Part shown: positions 1 to 11,646 of the stretch, one piece after another
Layout: every line of letters starts with the position of its first letter
Position numbering within the stretch: the stretch's first letter is position 1
Assembly (NCBI GenBank): GCA_002104905.1
Contig: MCFE01000154.1
Location: 1 to 64,000 of the forward strand
DNA length: 64,000 bases
Origin: Basidiobolus meristosporus CBS 931.73
Taxonomy: Eukaryota > Fungi > Basidiobolomycota
Direction: 5' to 3'
Notes under the pieces: model-generated
Told to the model about the DNA's origin: nothing
Databases searched by the model: none
Seen by the model: only the letters and a program-made list of their open reading frames with translations
Made by a program: the position numbers and the translations under genes

Positions 1-710
1 AACACCGGCGGTATAATAATTGAAAATTCCGTTAATAGTCCCGATCAGAGCAAAAAACGACCCACTAGAAGGCTAAGCATTAGAGCGATCACAACGCGGA
101 ATCGAACAAATGTATAACTTACATGAAAGAGAATGGAGAAATAAGGCCACTCCACACTTTCCATGAGCGCCATTTCTCTGACTCCAAAACGTGAAGTAGC
201 TCAGTTTGTTCTAAAGGCGCATTCCAAACTCGAACTTTATCCTGGTTTAAATATGAAGGCTCTAAATGCAAGCTAGCGTATCGTTTTGAAACTTGCCTTG
301 GCCTTGGTTTACTATGAAAACAGTTGGTAGCCTAATGATAGTGAGCAAAAAAGCAAACAGAAAGGCAAACTCTACGTGAGAGCAAGCTGGTTATAAACTT
401 TTACTAACCGAGAGATAAAGAACCTCAAAGCCAGTGAGGGATTTCTGTCAGCATCTACCACGCCGATTTTAACGTTTTGCTTGGTAAGAGAGATATCTTG
501 GGCAACGCTCTCCAACATGGGTTTGAACTGTTTACAGCTCGAACACCATTTGGCATAAAACTCCACCAGCCAAACGTCGTTACCTGACGTTTGCTGCTGG
601 AAGTTCGAATCAGTAAGCTCTATTATCTGGTTTCCCTGAACTGCCGAAAGCACCGAGAAAAGGAGCAGCAGTAGCAGAGATTTGGACCAGAAGTTAGTTA
701 TGGGCGCCAT
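1..710 (-). CDS. Thioredoxin-related transmembrane protein (TMX-like); 3' end runs off the window start. Exons 710-409, 331-297, 234-123, 64-<1
   Basis: Signal peptide, then a thioredoxin fold with WLVEFYAKWCSSCKQF. Splicing introns 408-332 (GT-AG), 296-235 (GC-AG) and 122-65 (GT-AG) gives RFFISRLPTVFIVNQGQVRVW...EKWRSWKVWSGLISPFS and then a hydrophobic segment, the TMX1-like layout. Confidence 0.85.
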
Positions 711-770
711 TAAAAATGAGTGGGTAGGTGTGGAAAAGTTGTGTGGCCCATGTTTATAGCAAGTTTAATC

Positions 771-778
771 TATTTATA
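771..778 (-). promoter_or_regulatory. Candidate TATA box (TATAAATA) about 60 nt upstream of the TMX-like ATG
   Basis: Sequence match and position only. Confidence 0.4.
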
Positions 779-2644
779 AGCAACTATCGTCCCAAGACCA
801 GCCGCACCAAAGTTGGTGTAACCATCGTGGGAGTAAAGCCAATGGTATGGCTCAAACCACACTGAAGACGCCACTCATGCCTCCTAATCTAACTACTTAA
901 GACTCGGTGCGCAATTTGAGGCCACCCTTTCATATTGAAATCTGCCACCATGGAGCTTGAGTATTCAAAGGCTTTCACGAATCGAAACATTGAGGATCCC
1001 TCGCTGGAGTCCATCGCCTTTGGAGAGGGCTTCTGTATATGGCGTTGACTAGATAATCTTGACCATTGTGCTTTGAATGGAAACCTCTTCCGATACAGGT
1101 GAGCCATTTCACTGATATAAATTAGCTCATTCTGCGCCGGTCATCATTGGCTGACAATGCTCAACCCAGTGCCTCGAGAAGAATGTGTTCCAAAAGTACA
1201 CTGGCGGTCTTGGCGAAGACTAGTCAGGATCATTTACAGCGCCATGTCAATTGGATTCGTGCCTAACCTGCCGCTTGGCTGTTCGCACACATCGCAAGGC
1301 AGAGACGCCCGACAGGCGCAGGACCACAGCGTTGTGCTTTAGTCTCGTAAAGAGTGCCGTTGGAGGGCAAAATGAATCGCAAAGAGCTCGACCGTCCGCC
1401 AGGCTTCTCGAATGATGATGTCGATGCAGCATTGATCGGCAGTTCTGCGCGGTGCAGGATGAGGCTATGCATAAAGGGCATTCAACAACGGAAAGGCCAC
1501 GGACGAAGGGGATGGCTTCCATTTGACCTAGCATAGGCCGGTGTTTCTTCGAGGTTCAGCCCCATATATGCGCTGACAGGCCTCTTGGCCAGAAATCAGA
1601 TATAGCCGCTATCGGTTAGTGGAGATTCACACCGATATTGACGAGTGAGCGGCTCCCAAGAAAAAGGCAATCGCGCGAGCTGGCTTACTCAACACACGGC
1701 CGTGATTTATTGGTAGGCAACTTTAGATATAGTGAATAGCTTTGAGAGGCCACGCCCATACTGATGAATGCTACTGGCGACCAACGTTCCACTGTAAGTG
1801 CCGATTATCTTGTTATAGGCTGCAAAGCCAGTCGACACAGTCAGCGAGGACGCTGTAGTGACACAAGTAGGCGCTGACAGGGGGAGCATTCCCTCTGGTA
1901 AAGACAGCATAACTGTGCGTTGGAATGTAAACAACTCACGGGTTCGCAGAGGAACATGAAATGAAAAATGCGAGGTTTTACATCCCCAAGTCCAAAGTGG
2001 AGGCAATTATAGGACGCTGTTCCAATCTATCTGACTCTAGAACCACTGAAGTGTGTTTTCTTATGCGGGATCGCAAACACTGCCAAGTTTGTATAGTAAT
2101 TGCAAACACCGCGCCAACATCACTGCATCCTGTACACCAGCAGACCATCAGTGCTGAAAAGCCCCCTTTACAGTCCTGACAGCCCGGGCTCAACATTCTT
2201 GCTGACGAGCCTTGGCATATTCATGTATATAGCTGACAGATCAAAGCCAGTGAAGTTAGGGACAGCTGCGGCCCAGAAGACTGGGTACCTCAAACTTGTG
2301 TGCCGAAGCATGTGTTGCTTAATTACATGCAACGGTTAGACGGGCGTTCCAAGTTGTTGAGATGGAAGGCCACACAGCTGGACTGCTGCCTAAAACACAA
2401 CAGAACCAATGGATGCACCAAAAAGAAGGCGGTTTACGCAAAAGCCATGCCAATCATTCTTAAATCAACCAAGTCGACCAGGTTCGCACTGGATATGCAG
2501 GTTATCTCTCGCCTTGAATCGATTTTTTTTGATAGGCAAGGGGTTTGGACTCGGGTTGGGGGATGGAGAATTCACATGTTTAAAAGGAAAATTTTCCATG
2601 GGAAACACTCCTTTCACTAGCTCTTAGCAAGTACTCCTGATACC

Positions 2645-3176
2645 ATGGTGAAATTCATTAAGCCCGGTAAGGTGAGTGGCACGCTTATTGATGACCGGTC
2701 CACGCAATCTGCCACACAGACTCGGCGATCAGCGCGACCAACCTAGCCAGTGAATCCTTATAATAACCAAGCCATCCATCATGAACACCTAGGTTGCTAT
2801 CGTTCTTCAAGGCCGCTATGCCGGTAAGAAGGTTGTCGTCGTCAAGAACTTCGATGAGGGTACCAAGGAGCGTCCTTATGGCCACGCCATTGTTGCCGGT
2901 GTGGAAAGATATCCCCTCAAGATCAACAAGTCCATGGGCAAGAAGAGAATCACCAAGCGCTCCAAGGTTAAGCCCTTCATCAAGGTCGTCAACTACAACC
3001 ACATCATGCCAACCCGTTACGGTTTGGAATTGGAGGAAATCAAGAAGGCCGTTTCCCACGAGACTTTCCAAGAACCCACTCAAAGAACCTCCTCAAAGAA
3101 GGCCATCAAGAAGCTCTTCGAGGAACGTTACACTTCCGGAAAGAACAAGTGGTTCTTCACCAAGCTCAGATTCTAG
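2645..3176 (+). CDS. RPL27: 60S ribosomal protein L27 (eL27); exons 2645-2671 and 2793-3176
   Basis: MVKFIKPGK|[41 protein letters not shown]...[12 protein letters not shown]. Intron 2672-2792 runs GTGAGT...CTAG. Confidence 0.98.
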
Positions 3177-4302
3177 ATGTACACGTGACTCCTTGTAAAG
3201 TTATTTGCTATAGTTTAGTATGGCAAGGCTCCAGAAATACGTGCGACTGTGGTTTGGAGCTAGCTAGAAATAAATCTTCTTCAAACCTAATCTGTTCTGC
3301 GGAGCTTGACCACGCAGTGTTCACCGGTCCTGTGGCGCGGACCAATCAGGGGCTGGCGGGTGCAGACATGCATTGCTCAGCTTAAACACAGCGAAGTGGA
3401 TTCGCTGGCCCGACGGAAACATCGGGGATCTTCGCCACTGGTGTGGCGTTACCGAGCCCAGATCTGACACCGTTTTGACCCAAAATGACCTTGGCGTCTA
3501 GTGATTTGTAGAAAGCACCCAGTGGAATCGTCGTAACACGGGGATGCAGCTGGGTGTGCAGTCAGGCTCGGTAGAATGAGCACGTAAACGGGACGTGGCA
3601 AGACCCGGGTAGTCGACTCTCCAGCACGGTTGACCGTGCCTGAGAGCAGTGCTGAAAGGGGAGGGTGGCCCATCTGGCCCTCGCTACTTATTGGCTCCTG
3701 GTGGGGAGCAACCAAGGCGGGTGTGTAACAAGGGGATGGCAACGACACGCAGCTATCTGCGCCATCGCTAGCGAGCGCTCGATACAGGACGAAGCCTGCT
3801 TGGGGGGAGGGAGTAGTCTCCCATGCATGCTCCGTGGCGCACGAGCCATAGAGGAGCACCGAGCGATCAGCTGCCGATGGTGTGGTGGAGTGGCTCCGCC
3901 GGCGATTATCGAGCGTTGGGTTGGGGTCCATTTCGTGGTTGCAGGCGGCGGGGAGCGAGGGGCGCCCGCTCAACAGACGGCCCGCCAATGGTAGGTCCGT
4001 TGGTCGGGATTGGTAATTGGTAGGGCTATGTGACGTGTAGGGTGACTGCTGAGAATCAAGTGCTCAGCGAGGGGCTGATGATTGGATGGAGCGATTGTTC
4101 AGGTAAATGCTACACAGCAATGGAGCCCTCGTTTTGGTTGACATCATTCGACATCAAGCACCAAATTAGCCGGACGAAGCCTCAACGAATTAGGTTGGCG
4201 ACCAGGTATCAGCAGGTAAGTAAGCGCAGTAGTATTGGTGATACGGGACTGCTTCCCAAGAATTTTCATCCTTGCCAACCATGGAACAGCAGGGGCCCGT
4301 CG

Positions 4303-4309
4303 TATAAAA
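4303..4309 (+). promoter_or_regulatory. Candidate TATA box (TATAAAA) next to a CCAAT motif, about 190 nt upstream of the ATP-grasp gene ATG
   Basis: Sequence match and position only. Confidence 0.4.
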
Positions 4310-4501
4310 TTGGCCAATCGAGCCCACACCAGATCAATTGATTGTTGGTTGCAGCACCCGAACGCCTTTATTCACGGAAGGTTTGCCTGTCTTGTCTGGT
4401 ATCCTAGAAGCCTGGACCCCATCCCCAATATCATTCCCACACACTCGAGGCGAGGACTTCTGTCGACCCGCTCCCCCCCCGAACCCCACGTAGCCTCCAC
4501 A

Positions 4502-6222
4502 ATGAGCATCCACAGTGATCAAGCTGCGCCACGCGAGGGTGCTGAGCGACGCTCCGGCCCTGCTGATGGAGCCGCCCTGTCCAGCACCACCACCCAAACC
4601 AGCCAGCCCGAGGCTCAGCAGCCAGCAGAGAAGAAGCGCCAGCATGGCTCTGCCAAGCTAGTCCAGCAGGGGGAGTTCGAGCCCGAGCAGCACTTCTACC
4701 CTCGGGTCCTCAACGCGCAGATCCACCCGCTGGTTGCGTCTTTCTTCACCTTGGGCAACGAGCGGATCATCGCTCGCTACGCTCATCTGAATCCGCAAGT
4801 GGACATCGACGTTCTGAGCAAGATCCTGTGCGAATATCACCCTATGCACTTCCAGTGGGCCGGTAAGTACCGAACCCTAACCCTAACCCTAACCCTAACC
4901 CTCACCTCAGCCCCAACCCCTCCTAACCACACCCTATTCGTCACAGGCTCGGACCTCTTCAACGTCACCAACGCCCAAGGGCATCGCCAGATGATCATCG
5001 TGGAGACTAACTCATGTCCCTCCGGACAGAAGTCCATGCCGTTGCTTAGCGACATCGACGAGTTCGGTGGGTATCGGATCGTGCTCGAGTCGGCGTTCCG
5101 CGAGCAGCTGGGCGCTGCGGATCCCAGCCTCGGCGGGCTAGCTGTGATCTACGACAAGAACCAGATGGAGGCGAGTGGGTACGCAGCCGTCATGGCGGAC
5201 ATCATGAAGGAAGAGGTGCACCTTGTAGAATACTACCACGACGACAACGACCCGCCCGCCAAATGGGTGGATCGAGTGCTGCACGTCCGAGACCGAAACA
5301 ATGGTAAGCCTGTGTGGATCCTGCTGGCTCCGACCTTGCTCTAATCCCCATGCTCTTGCCAGAATGGCACCCCATTCGTGCGTGCTTCCGTTACGTCACC
5401 CAAAAGCCGTGGAATCGGATTCCCCTGAACACGCGCACCATCGTAATGAACAAGATCATCACCTGCCTGGCTGGCGGGCGCAACAAGATGATGGCCGCTC
5501 GCGCCTATGAGTTTCTCAACGCAGAGATCATGGATAGCGGGCTGTCCATCCGTATGCCCGAGACGATACGGAATGTGACCAAGGGCGAGATCCCTCTGTG
5601 GATCGATTCGATGGGCGGCCAGGCGGTGCTGAAAGTACCGTACAGCAATGCCGGCCAGGGCGTCTACACCATCACCAACGGCGAGGAGCTCCGCAAGTTC
5701 ATGGAGACCGAGCACCATTACGACAAGTTCATCGTCCAGTCGTTGGTGGGAAACGCCTCCTGGTCCTCCACGACCCGCTCGGGCCGTTTCTACCACGTGG
5801 GCACCATTCCCAATCGCAAGAACCACACGTACGTGTCGGACCTGAGAATGATGGTTGCGGGTGACCGAAACGGGTTCCGGCCGGTGTGCATCTACGCCCG
5901 CAAGGCACGCAAGCCGTTGCTGGGCCACCTCGAGGATGATCCCAGCATCACGTCCTGGGAGATGCTGGGCACCAACCTATCAGTGAAGAGCGACGAAGGC
6001 TGGGCCACGGAGACCACCAGACTGCTGCTCATGGACCGCAAGGATTTCAACCAGCTCGGGCTCGGAATCGACGACTTGATCGATGCCTATGTACAAACGG
6101 TGCTCAGTGTTGTTGCCATAGACAGAATGTGCCAAAGGCTGTTCTCGAACGGAAAGTTCGACCAAGAGCTGTTCAGTGCGCTGAATCCCGACGACGCACT
6201 GCTCAACGAAATAATCCTGTAA
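4502..6222 (+). CDS. Uncharacterised ATP-grasp-fold ligase with circularly permuted motif order, 525 aa; exons 4502-4862, 4947-5303, 5363-6222
   Basis: Two GTAAG...CAG introns (4863-4946, 5304-5362) join into a 1578-nt open frame. Motifs: GSDL...[11 protein letters not shown] (D123/E140/N142), [16 protein letters not shown] (K330), [15 protein letters not shown]. Confidence 0.85.
4873..4904 (+). repeat. Interstitial telomere-type repeat AA(CCCTAA)4CCCTCA inside intron 1 of the ATP-grasp gene
   Basis: Read directly: aaccctaaccctaaccctaaccctaaccctca. Confidence 0.95.
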
Positions 6223-6529
6223 ATATCTCGAAGCGTGGTTCTGATTGTCGCCTCGTGGATTTCTTTAGCCCGTCAGAGCCACCCAATCTCTTGAATAAAC
6301 CAAGGTCAGTCGAAGTCATGTGCACCGATGGGTTGGTGCCGAAGGGGGGAGGGAGGTTGCGATGGGGCAGAGACGTGTGAGTGGCTTACGTTTGAATAGG
6401 CCAGGAGATGATTTACATTTGGCAGGTTTATTATGTTACATTTGAAGCAAGCACATATGAAATGTTTAAGGTTAGCATAGACTTGTCTAATTAAATACAG
6501 CACGGGATCTTGTGTACAGCCGGCGTCTC

Positions 6530-6784
6530 CTAGCAGATGCCGGTGTAGGCCTCGCTGGAGCGGATCAGCACGGAAGGATTGGTGACGGGCGGGGGTGGGG
6601 GTGGGACCTGTGGCCCAAGGGAGCTGAGGTCTTCGGTGCGGTAAACCCCATCCGAGTAGTTCCGTTGGTAGTAGTTGGCGTCCCTGCGGTCGATTTCGTG
6701 GCATCCACCTCTTCTTTTGGTGTACTTGCGAGTTTTCCAGTGGGTGAACAGATACGAGCCCTGGATTCTTTCTATCAGACCCAT
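6530..6784 (-). CDS. Small hypothetical protein (84 aa), single exon
   Basis: MGLIERIQGSYLFTHWKTRKYTKRRGG...YYQRNYSDGVYR...PPPPPP...*. Coding-like codon usage, pyrimidine/CA-rich leader, TATATAA at 6963-6969, AT-rich 3' flank. Confidence 0.6.
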   Translation of the reverse strand: MGLIERIQGSYLFTHWKTRKYTKRRGGCHEIDRRDANYYQRNYSDGVYRTEDLSSLGPQVPPPPPPVTNPSVLIRSSEAYTGIC

Positions 6785-7774
6785 GTGTGCGCAGGGAGTA
6801 TCTGGAGTGGGGTGGCGTGGGGCGGGTGTGGAGTAGGCGCAAATGCAAGTGAGAGTGCGAGGGTAGGTTGTTTGGCGGCGTTCGGCTCAATGAACCACAC
6901 GGAGTGACCTCGAAATGAAATGCAGCAAAGTTCTTAACGTCGTCACCGCGGCCTGCTCCAAGTTATATATCGGTTGTCATGTGGGAACAGCCAATGGCGT
7001 GCGGCGCTGCCAATCTGGAATTCTAGCAATCGTGGTGGTTCATGGAGAATCCAAGCATCATTCTTACTAATCCAAATCGATGCCAAAGTCATTTCGGGAT
7101 GCGCACTTCATATCCACTGACATCAGCAATTCGTCAAACCATGGACATCATGACATTCTGCAATCCGTGTCATCAGGGGGATCGAGGAGCCGCCTTGGAA
7201 GCACCCGTATCGGCACTCAGGAGCAGCTCCCTAAGGCCGGGTCGTGGCGCCGTTTGGCGATCAGCCCGCATTGTGATGATGCATGACACCAGATCCGCCC
7301 GATCAGAGCCGCTAGAGTTGGCTCAACAAGTAACGCCGGCCGTCCCAGTGGAATTAATATCCACGCAATGCCCATTCGGTGATTCGATGCGAGGGTGAAT
7401 CCGCTTTCAAGCAACCGACGGCCAATCCATGTGCCTGCCCGATAAATTACGACAATCATGATGATTAAGCGGGCTCCTTGACGTATTTGGTTCCCCAAAC
7501 TGACGATGCCGACCAATCTCCCACCCATCGGCCAGACCCGCCTTCCAACGAAAGATCTCCCGCAAACCCTAGCCCAATGATCGCCTCTCACCGAGACCAT
7601 CCACGGCTCGGATGGATTGGCTTTCGGATATCCGGGCTGCACGGTGGTGTGGTGTTGAAGAGGTCCAGAGCGGGTTATTTATTTGTTTATGTATAGCAAA
7701 ATGAGGGGATTCGGCGAGAAAGGGTGAAAGGAGAATTGCAAAAGGACAGGCGGATACTACAGGGGAAGGGCCGT

Positions 7775-9326
<1,552 letters not shown>

Positions 9327-10701
9327 TTTAGTTGGAGAAAGGAAAAGGTCTAGCGCAAACGCGGTTTAAACATGATTCGTAACTTGGGAATGTTCTCTCG
9401 ATTAATGTCAAAAAAAAACCTTTTTCCTGGTCCCTATCCTGGCCACCGGGATCGTTTCGTGGTCCGCATTTGGATTGAAACACTTGTTGCTGGCCATACA
9501 TGTCGAGTTCGAATTTCCATCCAAAACGAATCGATCGATCGAGTCGTGTCCTCGGTGCGACCAACGATTAACGACTAGCGATTAGTGACTAACGACTAGA
9601 CTAACTGATCGTTTGGAGCTACCATCTGGATTGCTCTGGTCTGACTTTATGCACATGAAAGATCGGCCATGAACATGAACAAACGATGTTTGGAAATGCT
9701 GGCCGCCCGGGCAGTGCAGACGAAACTGATGGCAAGTGAGAATGACTCAAGCAAGATGGATGAGTGTGGCTCAGTCAAGCAGCCATCATCTCGAGTAGGG
9801 GCTTTCTGCTTGACTCCAGCCGTATCCACGGCAACAGCTTGGGCCCGGTCATCCTTCAGGCGTCAATGTGGCAGCATTTGCAACCGAGGTCCGTCGCGGA
9901 AATCAGAATCGCACACAGACAACCGAGCGTCCCCCGCGTTCAGATGAGGAAGTGGCCCAGCCCGCAGCTTCTCATCGACGGTCCAACTCCTTGGTATTCA
10001 GCAGCGATGGTGCGTCTCGTGTGCGGTGCAATCCTGACCCCGCGGTAACCTGTTTCCATCGTACTATGACGGGCAAGGCCTCCCCACTGAATACCTTTCC
10101 GCCAAAGGAGGTACACTGGATGGAGGGGGTTTCAGGAGGAGATGCCAGGCAAGATCAATGCTGAGACGGCCCTCATGGTGTCATCAGCAGCCACCCAACA
10201 ATGAGCCATGATCCTACGATCACAGCTCAATGCCAGCGTACGCAGTGGAACGGGGTTAATTCCAACCTCATCGTGACGCCATCCGAACCAGTGCGTCTGC
10301 TCACGAGGCTGCTCTCGATATGATTGGCAGGATCTGGGGCAGCGAATCGCCGCATAGTGCGCCGAACCGCGAGCGCGGGGAACCAGCATCCCACATCCCA
10401 CACCCCTCGATCCCCAACGGCCAATAGGCCAAGCTGCACAGTTTCACGGATGATTTCGAATAGCTTTATTTTGTCTTGGCAGTGGTGGTCTACAAATCAG
10501 CGGGCCACCGACCGATTTTCTATAATACAACGTACATTGAGCAATATATATGTGATCTTTACGAATCACGCTAAATAGATTATGACATGAAATCGGAATC
10601 GCAATCGCAGTCGAGGCGAAACTGTGCGACAGTTACAAATACAAGAGAGTAAGAATGGATGGTGTACAGCTGAATCCCAACGCTCTGGAGGGACCTCTTG
10701 A

Positions 10702-11646
10702 CTAGTGTGGATGCAGAGAAGCAGCACGCAACGCCTCCAGCTCTTGAAGAACGTCGCAAAGCTTCGCTTTCAGAGCGTTGTTCTCGTTTCGTAGCGCTTG
10801 GTTAAGACCTTCAAGGTCACGTAAAAACTGGGTCCGCTTCTCCCTGCTTCGACGGGCAGCAAGTCGGTTCCGCTCACGCCTGCGGTTGAGACGCTTCTCT
10901 ACGACGTTCTGCTGAGAGTCGGATTCGTTCGTCTCATCGGTCTTCGGGGAATTCATCTCGGGCTGCCGCCTGTCTGGCTCTGGCGAGACTTTGCTGTGTG
11001 TGTTCGAAACGTTGACGAAGGTGCTTTTGGTATTTTGGAGCGGGATGTTCACGGAGAGCCGGCGTGCAGCCCGAGACAGGTCCAGATCATGAAGAACGGC
11101 CGATGTGCTGTCCAAATCGCCCCAGGAGAACACCCGCTTTCGCCCATTGGTCATGTCAGGATAGTCTGTAAGGCGCTCGGCGACGTCTCCGGGGAGACTT
11201 GAGCGACGGTGAGCGCTCATGGGAGAGCACTCCACGAGCGTGGGGTTCTTGACCATTGGCTCCCTAGGGGGGGCAGGTTGCTCAAAGCCACTCCACTCAA
11301 ACCGGTCGGTGTTCATCCCATAGCAAGAGCCAAACGATGGGTCCTGGGATAGCAACTCGTTGGAGAAGCACATCTGCGTGCCAATCTCCTGGGTCACGGG
11401 AAAGTTCAGGGAAGCCTCGTCTTCGCTGACGCTGCTACGAATCCCAACCTGCTCGGTGGCAGTGTTGTGGACGGAGTCGTTCTCGCTGTCGCTTTGTTGT
11501 AGGGTTTCGTTGAGGAAGGTGTCGAATTCATGACCGCCCTCGGCCTTGGTTTCGATGAGGTCTTCCATGAAATTCCAAATCGGATTGGGAAGTGGGTCGG
11601 TCAGCAAGTGAGGGAAGTTGGTCAAGTTGTTCGAAACAAACTCCAT
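10702..11646 (-). CDS. bZIP transcription factor, 314 aa, intronless
   Basis: C-terminal basic region RRRERNRLAARRSREKR followed by leucine heptads (LRDLEGLNQALRNENNALKAKL). Acidic, low-complexity N-terminus. TATATAA at 11799-11805. Confidence 0.9.
   Translation of the reverse strand: MEFVSNNLTNFPHLLTDPLPNPIWNFMEDLIETKAEGGHEFDTFLNETLQQSDSENDSVHNTATEQVGIRSSVSEDEASLNFPVTQEIGTQMCFSNELLSQDPSFGSCYGMNTDRFEWSGFEQPAPPREPMVKNPTLVECSPMSAHRRSSLPGDVAERLTDYPDMTNGRKRVFSWGDLDSTSAVLHDLDLSRAARRLSVNIPLQNTKSTFVNVSNTHSKVSPEPDRRQPEMNSPKTDETNESDSQQNVVEKRLNRRRERNRLAARRSREKRTQFLRDLEGLNQALRNENNALKAKLCDVLQELEALRAASLHPH

Noticed and set aside
2672-2792. Possible intronic C/D snoRNA in RPL27 (TTGATGA near 2687)
   Set aside because: No downstream CTGA D box or terminal stem within the intron.
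3449-4341. Long overlapping ORFs between RPL27 and the ATP-grasp gene
   Set aside because: GC-rich, R/P/G/W-biased translations on both strands, no domain or splice support.
4235-4501. N-terminal extension of the ATP-grasp ORF from the GTG start in the ORF track
   Set aside because: It begins upstream of the TATA box at 4303; ATG 4502 is the better start.
5341-5928. Antisense and alternative-frame ORFs overlapping the ATP-grasp, RPL27 and kinase genes
   Set aside because: Shadow ORFs caused by GC3-rich codon usage of the real genes.
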